From Psychrilyobacter sp. (GTDB lineage: Bacteria > Fusobacteriota > Fusobacteriia > Fusobacteriales > Fusobacteriaceae): a stretch of 64,000 bases of DNA. This document shows, in pieces, positions 11,073-20,496 of the stretch. Position numbers and translations under genes: made by a program. The DNA lies in the NCBI RefSeq assembly GCF_037132775.1, contig NZ_JBAHZY010000140.1:37384-101383 (forward strand), in the 5' to 3' direction. Each line of letters starts with the position of its first letter. Position 1 is the first letter of the stretch. The notes beneath the pieces are model-generated. The model made no database searches. It was not told the origin of the DNA and worked only from the letters and a program-made list of their open reading frames with translations.

Positions 11073-12308
11073 CTATTCTGCTTCCGGTAAAACTCTTCTT
11101 ATCATATCAAGTCTATTGATATCTGCATCTATCTTTACCCTTACAACAGAGTTAGGGTTAGCTTCAGTCACCATACTCGTTATTTTCTTCCTTGTAATCT
11201 CCATCTCTGGTAATACAATAATTTTTGGATTACCGTTATTACTTGCTACTTCTAGCTCTTCACCAGCAAATATTTTATTTCTTACTTCTAAGATATACTC
11301 ATTTTCACTTAGTTTTTCTGCTACTTTTGCAACCAATTGGTGACTTTGACTATATGAATTTCTATTGTTATAGTTTTGTGAATCTGAACCTGGTTTATTA
11401 AAATAGAAACCAGATGTATATTTTCTGTGAGATGTTGTCTCAAGCTCTTTTAACCATTTTTCACTGTATTTAAAGTTCCCTTCATAATATCTATCAACTG
11501 CTTCTCTATAAACTTTTACAGCTGTTGCAACATAATAAATACCCTTCATTCTTCCTTCAATTTTCAGTGAATCAACACCTATATCTAATATTTGATCTAT
11601 GAATTCAATTGCACATAGATCTTTTGAGTTAAATATATGTGTAGCTTCATCTCCAGTATATACAGGCTTTTTATCTCCATTTTCATCCTCTTCCATCACA
11701 TTATATTTCCATCTACAAGATTGAGCACAATCACCACGATTAGCATCTCTTCCTATCATGTAATTACTAAGTAAGCACCTACCTGATACAGACATACATA
11801 GTGCTCCATGAATAAACACTTCTATCTCAATATCTGGAACACGGGCTCTGATTTCTTTTATATTCTCTAAAGATACCTCTCTAGCTAGGACAACTCTCGA
11901 AGCACCCATCTCCTGCCACATCTTAACCGATCTCCAGTTAGTGTTGCTTGCTTGAGTACTTGCACTTATCTGTAAGTTTGAATTTTCTTTAACTATCTCT
12001 AAAACCCCTAAATCTGCTACTATAACACCATCCACTCCAGCTGTTTTTTCTAAAAACTGTACATATTCCGGTAAAGCATCCATCTCATCATTATGTGGAA
12101 TTATATTTAATGCTACCCATATTTTTTTATCTCTTGCATGAGCATATTTGACAGCTTCTACTAATTCTTCTCTATCGAAGTTGTGTCCACCTGCTCTTAA
12201 ACTAAATTCTTTTCCACCTAAAAACACTGCATCAGCACCATAATGAAATGCCATCTCTAACTTTTCAAAATTCCCTGCTGGAGCCAAGAGTTCTACTTTT
12301 TTTTTCAT
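11073..12308 (-). CDS. Peptidase U32 family, TrhP-like tRNA hydroxylation protein
   Basis: ELLAPAG, HGALCMSVSGRC, NRGDCAQSCRW, SLKIEGRMK, C-terminal beta domain. Confidence 0.9.
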   Translation of the reverse strand: MKKKVELLAPAGNFEKLEMAFHYGADAVFLGGKEFSLRAGGHNFDREELVEAVKYAHARDKKIWVALNIIPHNDEMDALPEYVQFLEKTAGVDGVIVADLGVLEIVKENSNLQISASTQASNTNWRSVKMWQEMGASRVVLAREVSLENIKEIRARVPDIEIEVFIHGALCMSVSGRCLLSNYMIGRDANRGDCAQSCRWKYNVMEEDENGDKKPVYTGDEATHIFNSKDLCAIEFIDQILDIGVDSLKIEGRMKGIYYVATAVKVYREAVDRYYEGNFKYSEKWLKELETTSHRKYTSGFYFNKPGSDSQNYNNRNSYSQSHQLVAKVAEKLSENEYILEVRNKIFAGEELEVASNNGNPKIIVLPEMEITRKKITSMVTEANPNSVVRVKIDADINRLDMIRRVLPEAE

Positions 12309-12325
12309 CCTTTTTTATCTCCTTT

Positions 12326-12340
12326 TATATATATATATAT
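12326..12340. repeat. T(AT)7 dinucleotide tract just upstream of the U32 RBS
   Basis: tatatatatatatat read directly. Confidence 0.85.
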
Positions 12341-12392
12341 TTATAAAAAGCAGACTTGCACCCTAACTTTTATTGCTCTTTTTTTTAGAAGT

Positions 12393-12436
12393 TCTTCCCT
12401 TTACGAGGAGGAAGATGTCCGACAGGACAGAAAGAG
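12393..12436. repeat. GC-rich double-hairpin extragenic element (REP-like)
   Basis: tcttccctt-tacg-aggaggaaga followed by tgtcc-gaca-ggaca. Confidence 0.5.
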
Positions 12437-13777
12437 TTAACTTATACTTGTAGTGTAATCTCTAAATTGCGCATATTCATGGAAGAACCGCAGTTTTATC
12501 GTTCCTACAGGACCATTTCTCTGTTTACCTATGATAATTTCAGCAATTCCCTTATCTTCACTGTCTTCGTTATAGTAGTCGTCTCTATAGATAAAAACTA
12601 CCATATCGGCATCCTGCTCGATGGCTCCTGAATCTCTCAGGTCTGATAACATTGGTCTTCTGTCAGCTCTTTGTTCAGGACCACGTGAAAGCTGAGACAG
12701 TGCTATTACCGGTACTTCTAATTCTCTGGCTATTATTTTAAGTGATCTAGATATATCTGAGATCTCTTGTTGACGGGATTCACCATTTTTATCTCTACCC
12801 TGTATGAGCTGTAAATAGTCTATGATTATCATATCTAATTTTCCTGCTGCCTTGGCTCTTCTTGCCATGGCTCTTATTTCCATAACATTTATATTAGGCA
12901 TATCCGCTATCTGGATACTAGATTCCGCTAATTTTGAACTTGCTGATCCCAGCTTTACCCAATGATCTGCTTCTAAAAAACCATTTCTTAGGTTTGAAAG
13001 AGGAATCCTAGCCTTTGCAGATAAGAATCTCTGAAGTAATTGGGAGTTGGACATCTCCAGACTGAATATCATGACACTTTTTTTCTCTTCTATAGCCGCA
13101 TGCAGTGCCATGTTCAGAACAAATGCTGTCTTACCCATGGCTGGTCTGGCTGCTAAGATCACTAGGTCTGAAGGATGAAAACCATTGGTCATCTCATCAA
13201 AATGTTTAAATCCCGAGGAGATTCCAGTAGTCATTCCTTTGTTGTCCATCAATTTTTCCAATCTTTCGTATTCCTGCGATATAATATCTTTTACCTCTAT
13301 TACATCTTTACGCTCTTTATTTTCAGCTATCTTAAAGATCATCCCTTCAGCTTTATCCAAGATATCATCTATATCTTCATAACCTTCATGGGTCATCTCC
13401 ACTATTTGAGTACCAATATCTCCTAATTTACGCAGGGTAGATTTTTCCTTCACTATTCTGGCATAATTCAAGATATTTGCAGCAGTAGGAACCTGTTCTA
13501 TAATCTCATAGAGAATAGCTTCTCCACCACTTTCTTCAAATTTATTTTGTTTTTTTAATGTATTTATCAAAACTATAGGGTCTATCACTTCCCCTTTAGA
13601 ATAAGCAAATAACATTGCTTCAAAAATATTTCTATGTGCTCCTTTATAAAAGTCAGTTGATTTTACAATCTCTATAACATCTTCTAGGGCATCAGGTTTT
13701 AATAAAACCCCACCTAATACCGATCTTTCTGCTTCTAAACTGGTTGGAACCATCTTTAACTTATCTATACCTTGCAT
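12437..13777 (-). CDS. dnaB: Replicative DNA helicase
   Basis: AARPAMGKT, IFSLEMS, IIDYLQL, ALSQLSR, DLRDSGAIEQDAD, KQRNGP; no intein. Confidence 0.98.
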   Translation of the reverse strand: MQGIDKLKMVPTSLEAERSVLGGVLLKPDALEDVIEIVKSTDFYKGAHRNIFEAMLFAYSKGEVIDPIVLINTLKKQNKFEESGGEAILYEIIEQVPTAANILNYARIVKEKSTLRKLGDIGTQIVEMTHEGYEDIDDILDKAEGMIFKIAENKERKDVIEVKDIISQEYERLEKLMDNKGMTTGISSGFKHFDEMTNGFHPSDLVILAARPAMGKTAFVLNMALHAAIEEKKSVMIFSLEMSNSQLLQRFLSAKARIPLSNLRNGFLEADHWVKLGSASSKLAESSIQIADMPNINVMEIRAMARRAKAAGKLDMIIIDYLQLIQGRDKNGESRQQEISDISRSLKIIARELEVPVIALSQLSRGPEQRADRRPMLSDLRDSGAIEQDADMVVFIYRDDYYNEDSEDKGIAEIIIGKQRNGPVGTIKLRFFHEYAQFRDYTTSIS

Positions 13778-13785
13778 ATTTACCC

Positions 13786-14235
13786 CTACATTCTTTCAGC
13801 TATTACTTTTAAGCTAGCCTTTACACCTTTGTGTAATTTTAAGTTCACTTTGTGTTCACCTATTTTTTTTATACTTCCATCTATTTTTTTCTTGTCTATT
13901 ACCATATCAAATTGAGTTTTTATTGCCTCAGATATCTCTTTATTAGTTATAGAACCAAATACCTTTCCATTCTCTCCAGCTTTTACCTTCATAAATAAAG
14001 TTTTTTCTCCTAATACTTTAGCCTGTCCCTCTGCTACAGCAGTTTCAGCTTGATCTTTTGCTGCCGCTTTATTATTTTTTGCCTCTAATCTTTTCATCTC
14101 TTCATCAGTGGCTATAATTCCTTTATTTCCTTTTAATAAGAAATTTTTAGCATACCCTTCCGATACACTTACTATGTCACCCTTTCTTCCTTGTCCTGCT
14201 ACATCTGTATTAAGTATCACTTTTATCTTTGACAT
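13786..14235 (-). CDS. rplI: 50S ribosomal protein L9
   Basis: KVIL..DV.GQG.KGDIV.VSEGYAKNFL, GKVFGSIT; adjacent to dnaB. Confidence 0.98.
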   Translation of the reverse strand: MSKIKVILNTDVAGQGRKGDIVSVSEGYAKNFLLKGNKGIIATDEEMKRLEAKNNKAAAKDQAETAVAEGQAKVLGEKTLFMKVKAGENGKVFGSITNKEISEAIKTQFDMVIDKKKIDGSIKKIGEHKVNLKLHKGVKASLKVIAERM

Positions 14236-14236
14236 T

Positions 14237-15031
14237 TTATTTCCTCCTTTTATTTATTTTTATTATCCCAAAACTATTCATTACGCCTAAAATAAAGATC
14301 CCTATTGGAAAAAAACAAGCAGTTACTATTGCTAAGGATTTCCCATAAACTCTCCATCCTATCTTTTCTCTAAACACACTGTATAACACTTTAATTCCAT
14401 AAATTATATAGATCAAAGTAGTTATTGAATATAAATTTTTAACATAAAAATTGTCGATTTTCAGAGTCTTATCTATTAAAAATGTAATTATATATACAAG
14501 TACCCATAAGTAGGAAATATTCCACTCTCTGTATGTTTTCCCCTTTACTATAAAATATGTGAAATAATTTATCACCAATGAATAGGTAAACACTATAACT
14601 AATAGATGTTGTTTAATATAACCCATCATGGTAGTTATCATAGTTTGGTCTAAAATTAGATATTCCTTATATATACCATCTAAGATTGTCATCAGATCAT
14701 CTGGTGTCCCAATAAATGTTCTCATGAGTAGGTATCCCATTGCTGTAGTTATTGTAGTTGAAATAAAAATCCTGTCAAATATTTCTATAGAAGTCCTTTC
14801 AAACAAATAATAAAGTCCCTCCAATAAGAGGAAAAAAACTACATAGACAAAAAACAATTTATCATCTATAAAATATATTACCCCACCAGAAATTAAATTT
14901 GTAAAAAGTCTATTCTTAGAATTTAACTTGGGCATTTTTTTTATTTTATATGCCGGCAAGATAAACGATCCCAAGGGTATCAATGATGATGCTAAAAACA
15001 ATAAGATAATATTTAAAGTTACTTTTATCAT
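14237..15031 (-). CDS. Polytopic membrane protein, probably YybS/DUF2232-like
   Basis: Multiple hydrophobic helices; position upstream of rplI-dnaB is typical of yybS; start ATG 15031 after GGAGG. Confidence 0.65.
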   Translation of the reverse strand: MIKVTLNIILLFLASSLIPLGSFILPAYKIKKMPKLNSKNRLFTNLISGGVIYFIDDKLFFVYVVFFLLLEGLYYLFERTSIEIFDRIFISTTITTAMGYLLMRTFIGTPDDLMTILDGIYKEYLILDQTMITTMMGYIKQHLLVIVFTYSLVINYFTYFIVKGKTYREWNISYLWVLVYIITFLIDKTLKIDNFYVKNLYSITTLIYIIYGIKVLYSVFREKIGWRVYGKSLAIVTACFFPIGIFILGVMNSFGIIKINKRRK

Positions 15032-15100
15032 GATTTGTTCCTCCTTTCCACCTATTTTCATAGTCTTCATTGTATCATAATTCCCATAATTAGTTAAGAG

Positions 15101-16594
15101 TTAGATAAGCTCACCGTCAAAAAAGTCCACTACTCTTTCCACAAAATCACTCTTTTCCTCCACAACTTTATTCTTTTCATTTAAAAGATCATACTTTGTA
15201 GCTACCCTTCCTCCAAATTTATCTTTGAGTACTCCTAAGAATATATCGTTATAATATGGTTTTTCCATACTTTCCTTATGAAATCTGTTCTCTGCATAGA
15301 ATCCAATATGAAGGACTCCATCTTCTACTTTAGTAGGTGTAGCAGTAGATAAAAATGAGATCAGTGGCATCTTTCTTCTTTTAGATTCATTTACTATGTC
15401 ATTCCAATTTGTCCTGACATCCTCTATGCTTATATCCACTGTTTTTTCTGCTACCTTAGGAGTTTCTACTACCTTTTGAGAGACCTCTTTTTCTACATAT
15501 ACTATTTTTTCCACTATTTTCTCTACTATTTTTTCTTGTACGGGCAATTCATGAATTGCCTCTATACTCTCTTTAAATTCTGTTATCTTATGCAAAATTA
15601 CATAACCTAAGATCCTTTTATCCTCTTCATACCTGAATTTGCCCATCACTTCAAATATATCTTCTATGATGGCTATAGATTTCATTGTCTTAAAAGGTGA
15701 TTTTTTTTCAATCATCATTTCCTTAAGATAATAAGCAAAACTTTTCAAGAATTCCTCTACATTTATAGAATCATTCCACAAATCATCTAAAAATTTGATC
15801 CCATTAACTAGATCATTCTTTAAGATAATCTTCAAAAATTCTGCTAGTTTTTTTTCTGGAATAACTCCTAGTATTCTCTCTGTCTTTTCTAAAGTGATCC
15901 CCTCGCCATAACATGAAGTTATTAATTTTTCAAAGATAGAGATAGCGTCTCTCATACTTCCACCAGATTTTTCATAGATCAACCTTAGACTCAAATCATC
16001 TATTTCTACCCCTTCAGATCTAGCTATCATAAGGAGGTGATCCACAGATTCTTTTAGGTTGACAGGTTTAAAATCATACCTCTGGCACCTTGAGATAATA
16101 GTCTCTAATACCTTATCCGGTTCAGTAGTTGCCAGAATAAAGATAACATGAGCTGGTGGCTCTTCTAATGTCTTTAGGAGAGCATTAAATGCTTCCTTAG
16201 TTAACATATGGACCTCATCTATTATATATACTTTTTTCCTTCCCTTTGCCGGCTGATAATTTATCTTATCCTTTAATGATCTCATCTCATCTATTCCACG
16301 ATTTGATGCAGCATCAATTTCTATCAAGTCTATAAAATTATTTTTGCTGATATCTATACAGTTTTCACACTTATTACAAGGTGTATCCGTAACACCATTT
16401 TCCATACAGTTTAATCCCTTAGCTATCAGTCTTGCAGTAGTTGTCTTTCCTACTCCCCTTGGCCCTGTAAATAAATATGCATGAGCCATTCTATTTTCCT
16501 TTAAAGAATTTTTTATAGTTTTTATTATATCGGTTTCTCCAGCTACCTCTTCAAAGGTACTAGGTCTATACTTTCTATAAAGTGTTATATGCAT
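15101..16594 (-). CDS. dnaX: DNA polymerase III subunit gamma/tau
   Basis: LYRKYRP, GPRGVGKTT, Cys zinc motif, EIDAAS, DEVHML, NALLKTLEEPP, SRC. Confidence 0.98.
   Translation of the reverse strand: MHITLYRKYRPSTFEEVAGETDIIKTIKNSLKENRMAHAYLFTGPRGVGKTTTARLIAKGLNCMENGVTDTPCNKCENCIDISKNNFIDLIEIDAASNRGIDEMRSLKDKINYQPAKGRKKVYIIDEVHMLTKEAFNALLKTLEEPPAHVIFILATTEPDKVLETIISRCQRYDFKPVNLKESVDHLLMIARSEGVEIDDLSLRLIYEKSGGSMRDAISIFEKLITSCYGEGITLEKTERILGVIPEKKLAEFLKIILKNDLVNGIKFLDDLWNDSINVEEFLKSFAYYLKEMMIEKKSPFKTMKSIAIIEDIFEVMGKFRYEEDKRILGYVILHKITEFKESIEAIHELPVQEKIVEKIVEKIVYVEKEVSQKVVETPKVAEKTVDISIEDVRTNWNDIVNESKRRKMPLISFLSTATPTKVEDGVLHIGFYAENRFHKESMEKPYYNDIFLGVLKDKFGGRVATKYDLLNEKNKVVEEKSDFVERVVDFFDGELI
15501..15536 (-). 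repeat. Three imperfect 12 bp repeats in the dnaX linker (EKIV x3)
   Basis: actattttttcc / actattttctct / actattttttct. Confidence 0.75.
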
Positions 16595-16610
16595 CTTATC
16601 TCCTCAAACT

Positions 16611-18005
16611 CTAATCTAAATTATAGTTATTCATCTTTGTTCGTAGTGTATTTCTTGTAATTCCCAGTGTTTCTGCTGCTTCTACTTTTTTTCCATTGGC
16701 TACTTCTAATACCTGTCTGATCAATTCTCTCTCAACTCTAGATATTATATTAGCATAGTAATCCTTTTGATTAGACGCCTGTAGCATTTGGATCTCTCCC
16801 TCTACCCAGTCAGATAATATCCAATCTTGGATATCTCCCCTTCTTTTGGTAGTTTTATTCCCTATAATATTTGACGGCAGATCCTCTACTAAGATACTTC
16901 TACCTCTAGATAATACCATGGCTGATTTTATAGCTGATTTTAATTCCCTTACATTTCCTGGCCAGTCATATCTCATTATTTTCTTCATGGCTGGAGTAGA
17001 TACTCCTTTTATCGCCTTAGAAAATTCCTCATTGAACCTTTTAATAAAATGATGGATCATAAGAGGGATATCATCTTTTCTTTCTCTAAGTGGCGGTATT
17101 TCTATCTCCAATATTCTCAATCTATGATATAGTTCTTCTATGAAGTTTCCATTCATTATCAGTTCTTCTAAGTTTACACTGGTAGTAGCTATGATTCTAA
17201 TCTCGGTTTTAATGAGCTTTGATCCTCCTACTCTAAAAAAGGCACTCTCTTGAAGTACTCCTAATAATTTTGCCTGCAGAGTCAGATCCAGCGATTCTAT
17301 ATTTCCTAAATGGATCGATCCACCATAACCTTTTTCTAATATACCGATTTGTTCTACCTGGGATTCAAATATATTCCCCTTCTCATATCCAAATAATTTT
17401 CTGTCTAAGAACTCTTTTTGATATGCTGTACAGTTTACACTGACAAATGGTTTTTCCTTCAAACAGCTGAACCTATGAATAGATTTTGCCACCGCTTTTT
17501 TACCATTTCCCTTTTCTCCACTTATGAGTACCGGTATTTTATTTGTAGCTACCTTACCTATTTTCTTATAAACTTCTACCATCTTAGGACTGTTTCCAAT
17601 TACAGTTCCCCTGGGAGTTTCTTTTTTCTTCAGTTTTTCAGCCTTTAATTTTTGATCTTTTAATGCTTTTTCGACAATCTTTATTACTTCGTCTTCTTCA
17701 ATTGGTTTGAGTAGGTAATCATATACTCCCAGTTGAATTGCCCAAGCTATTAAGTCTAAGGTTGCTCTTTCTCCCAAGGCTACAATTATAGCTTTACTCT
17801 GGTTTTCATATATTTCTTTTATAACTGTTTTTGTTTTATCTAATTCTTCTAACCCATCTATATCCATAACTATTAGATTATATTTAGCACTTCCTATATA
17901 ATCTTCTACATTAGTATAGCTGTTTTCAAATGAAAAATCTCCATCTAAATTCTCCAACAGTGATTCCTTTATTTCTTTTGTTAAATTTATTCCCAATATA
18001 TTCAT
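16611..18005 (-). CDS. NtrC-like REC-AAA+-Fis HTH regulator with degenerate sigma-54 activator motifs
   Basis: YDYLLKP, FVSVNC, PPLRERKDDIP, WPGNVREL, C-terminal HTH; GAFTGA and Walker B not conserved. Confidence 0.9.
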   Translation of the reverse strand: MNILGINLTKEIKESLLENLDGDFSFENSYTNVEDYIGSAKYNLIVMDIDGLEELDKTKTVIKEIYENQSKAIIVALGERATLDLIAWAIQLGVYDYLLKPIEEDEVIKIVEKALKDQKLKAEKLKKKETPRGTVIGNSPKMVEVYKKIGKVATNKIPVLISGEKGNGKKAVAKSIHRFSCLKEKPFVSVNCTAYQKEFLDRKLFGYEKGNIFESQVEQIGILEKGYGGSIHLGNIESLDLTLQAKLLGVLQESAFFRVGGSKLIKTEIRIIATTSVNLEELIMNGNFIEELYHRLRILEIEIPPLRERKDDIPLMIHHFIKRFNEEFSKAIKGVSTPAMKKIMRYDWPGNVRELKSAIKSAMVLSRGRSILVEDLPSNIIGNKTTKRRGDIQDWILSDWVEGEIQMLQASNQKDYYANIISRVERELIRQVLEVANGKKVEAAETLGITRNTLRTKMNNYNLD

Positions 18006-18008
18006 CTA

Positions 18009-18950
18009 CTACCTGCCCTTTAACTTGAATTTATATTCTACCACGACACTTCCTCTTGCAGCCATTCCGTTATTTATAAGTTTTACATTCCAGTCACGGG
18101 CTATACTTTCTACAGCTCTGTCTATCACATCTACTCCTGTTTTTATTAATCTTACTTTAAGTACCTTCCCATCTACATCTACATCTAAGATTATTTTTAC
18201 ATCGGCAGTTTGAGCATTTTTTTCTGCTTCCAGAGGATATTCAGGATCTTTATTAGATGGATCCCAAATAACTTTAGATTTACCGTCCATAGACCCTACT
18301 TTTAACCCTGATTTAGGCCCCACTATATTTGGATTTTCCTCACTCATCAGTTTATCCCATTTTATATCTTTTACCCCATCTGTCAGATCATTTTTTACCA
18401 TTATTTTTTCTGGTCCGTCCTGAGGTATTTCAGTTCCCACCACATCTAAACTTTCCTCGATTCTATCTTTGAAATTATCAGTGACTTCATTTAATTTTCT
18501 ATCTTCAATTTCGTTCATTCTATTTTTATCTTCAACCTCTGAAACCTTTATTATCTTGGGCTTAAGTTCTGCTTCACTTCTATTGATCTCTCTCTCTGAA
18601 TCTAAGCTTTCCAGTATATCCAAATCATCAAATGATTGGGTCATCTGTAAGATTTTTTTGGGTTTTACTTTTTTCTCTATCTTTTTAGAAATTTCTTTTT
18701 TTATCTGTTCTTTTTCATCTACAATTTTTACTTCTTTTCCCTCTATAACTTGAGAATTCTTCTTTTTTTCAATATTTTTTTTAGGAGCAATATCTATAGG
18801 ATCAACATTATCGCCAAATCTAATTCGAACCACTTTTGGCTTTTCTATCACTATTTTTTTTAAACCTGGCATTATATAGAGAAAAATTATATGAAGGATA
18901 AGGACTCCTACAAATATCTTATTAAAATAATCATTTCTATCTGTTTTCAC
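18009..18950 (-). CDS. TonB/TolA-like energy transducer
   Basis: N-terminal TM with conserved His (VLILHII), charged linker, TonB_C-like end (PEYP.EA...V....DV...GKV); follows exbD. Confidence 0.8.
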   Translation of the reverse strand: MKTDRNDYFNKIFVGVLILHIIFLYIMPGLKKIVIEKPKVVRIRFGDNVDPIDIAPKKNIEKKKNSQVIEGKEVKIVDEKEQIKKEISKKIEKKVKPKKILQMTQSFDDLDILESLDSEREINRSEAELKPKIIKVSEVEDKNRMNEIEDRKLNEVTDNFKDRIEESLDVVGTEIPQDGPEKIMVKNDLTDGVKDIKWDKLMSEENPNIVGPKSGLKVGSMDGKSKVIWDPSNKDPEYPLEAEKNAQTADVKIILDVDVDGKVLKVRLIKTGVDVIDRAVESIARDWNVKLINNGMAARGSVVVEYKFKLKGR

Positions 18951-18961
18951 CTTATCACCTC

Positions 18962-19402
18962 CTAATTTAAACTTTCAGTATTAAGGTCTAATGAACCTGC
19001 TCCCGCTTCCTTAGCTATATCTAACACCTCTATAAGAGATTGGTAGTTTACACTCTTATCAGCACTTATAACTACATTTTTATCCTCTGTGAGTTCTAAT
19101 CTTTGTCCTAACTTTTCTTTAAGATCTCCTTGATCTACTTTCATCATCTCGTTTTTACCATTTAGATTCTTCACTATAAGATATATTTCTAAATCTTTAT
19201 TTATCTTCACCTCTAAAGTTTTGATACTTATCTTATGCTCTGAACTAGATTTTGGTAGTTCAATATTTACACTAGAATCTACATCTTGAAATGTTGTAGC
19301 CACCATAAAAAATATTAGGAGTAAAAACACTACATCTATCAATGGAGTCATATCTAGCATCAAATTTTTACTGTTTTTCCTTTTCAATCTCTGTATTTTC
19401 AT
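18962..19402 (-). CDS. exbD: ExbD/TolR family protein
   Basis: DMTPLIDVVFLLLIFFMV, ISADK; start ATG 19402. Confidence 0.92.
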   Translation of the reverse strand: MKIQRLKRKNSKNLMLDMTPLIDVVFLLLIFFMVATTFQDVDSSVNIELPKSSSEHKISIKTLEVKINKDLEIYLIVKNLNGKNEMMKVDQGDLKEKLGQRLELTEDKNVVISADKSVNYQSLIEVLDIAKEAGAGSLDLNTESLN

Positions 19403-19412
19403 ATTATCCCCC

Positions 19413-20027
19413 TTATTTTCTAAGAGAATTGATAAACTCAACGGCAGTTCTTTCTATTTCATTTACCACATGATCGATCTTTTTATTATAATAATTATAT
19501 AATATAAGTGCTGGTATAGCTACTGTAAGCCCTGCTGCTGTAGTAATTAATGCCTGAGATATCCCATCTGCTAGCATCTCTGGCTTTCCTGATCCCACTA
19601 CTGCAATGACTCTAAATGCTACGATCATTCCAGATACAGTTCCTAATAATCCTACCAATGGGGTTACATGAGCTACTACTCCTAATAACCACATATGATT
19701 CTCTAATTTAGGAATCTCTATCAATGCTCTTTCTCTAGCTTTTTCTTCCAAATACTCTATATCTACCTTTTCATCGAAATCGTGCTCTAATATCAGTTCT
19801 TTCAACACTTTTAAACTAGATGAATTTCCACTTTCACATAAACTTATAGCTAACTCCTTATCTTTAGAAGTAATTGCTTCTTCTAACTGTGCTTTTAGCT
19901 GGTTTTTTATTCCTTTTTCATTCTTTAAAAAATATACGAATCTCTCTATTATTACTGTTGTTCCTAATATTGATAGTAGGAGAATTCCGTACATCAACAT
20001 TCCACCACTCTTAAATATTTCTATCAT
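19413..20027 (-). CDS. exbB: MotA/TolQ/ExbB proton channel
   Basis: PLVGLLGTVSGMI, GISQALITTAAGL.VAIPA. Confidence 0.92.
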   Translation of the reverse strand: MIEIFKSGGMLMYGILLLSILGTTVIIERFVYFLKNEKGIKNQLKAQLEEAITSKDKELAISLCESGNSSSLKVLKELILEHDFDEKVDIEYLEEKARERALIEIPKLENHMWLLGVVAHVTPLVGLLGTVSGMIVAFRVIAVVGSGKPEMLADGISQALITTAAGLTVAIPALILYNYYNKKIDHVVNEIERTAVEFINSLRK

Positions 20028-20060
20028 GATTAAGTCTCCTTTTTATTTTTATTTATTTTT

Positions 20061-20115
20061 GCCACCAATCCACACTAAAGATATACAAATATTAAAATTG
20101 GTGTTCATTGGTGGC
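20061..20115. repeat. Extragenic inverted repeat
   Basis: gccaccaat...attggtggc outer stem with imperfect inner acac/gtgt pairing. Confidence 0.6.
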
Positions 20116-20126
20116 CAAGTTCTGAG

Positions 20127-20483
20127 TTATTTTGAGCTCAATGCTAATCCTGCTACTAATATTCCTAATATAGTCAATCCCCATACCACATAGTTAGGTT
20201 GTGTTTTTGTCTCACTTATATCAGCTAAAATATCATCTGTTTGTTCAGTTTGATTGTAATCTATATTCATAGTCTCTAATCTTTGATTTCCATTATTTAT
20301 TAATTTTAGATCCACTGCCTGTATTGTAGGATCTTTTTCTTGCCCCTCCAATAATATTCTCCCCTCTGTTGTAGTACTTTTATTTATACCACTGACTTCC
20401 TTTTGAATCTCTGCTCCACTTTCCTCTGCAAAAATCCCCATCGACATCATTATTAATAGTAATCCACTTATAAATCTTCTCAT
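20127..20483 (-). CDS. Hypothetical exported protein with C-terminal hydrophobic helix
   Basis: Signal peptide (..GIFA|EE), acidic/polar body, C-terminal VVWGLTILGILVAGLAL; AGGAGG RBS. Confidence 0.8.
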   Translation of the reverse strand: MRRFISGLLLIMMSMGIFAEESGAEIQKEVSGINKSTTTEGRILLEGQEKDPTIQAVDLKLINNGNQRLETMNIDYNQTEQTDDILADISETKTQPNYVVWGLTILGILVAGLALSSK

Positions 20484-20496
20484 CTTCTCCTCCTAA

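Noticed and set aside
10987-11343. 118 aa plus-strand ORF spanning the U32 intergenic region
   Set aside because: Mostly antisense to the U32 gene, no recognisable motif
12437-13777. Intein in dnaB
   Set aside because: Normal 446 aa length with contiguous motifs
15848-15855. A8 run in dnaX as a gamma/tau slippage site
   Set aside because: Lies near the start of domain III, so truncation would not give a functional gamma; such runs are common here
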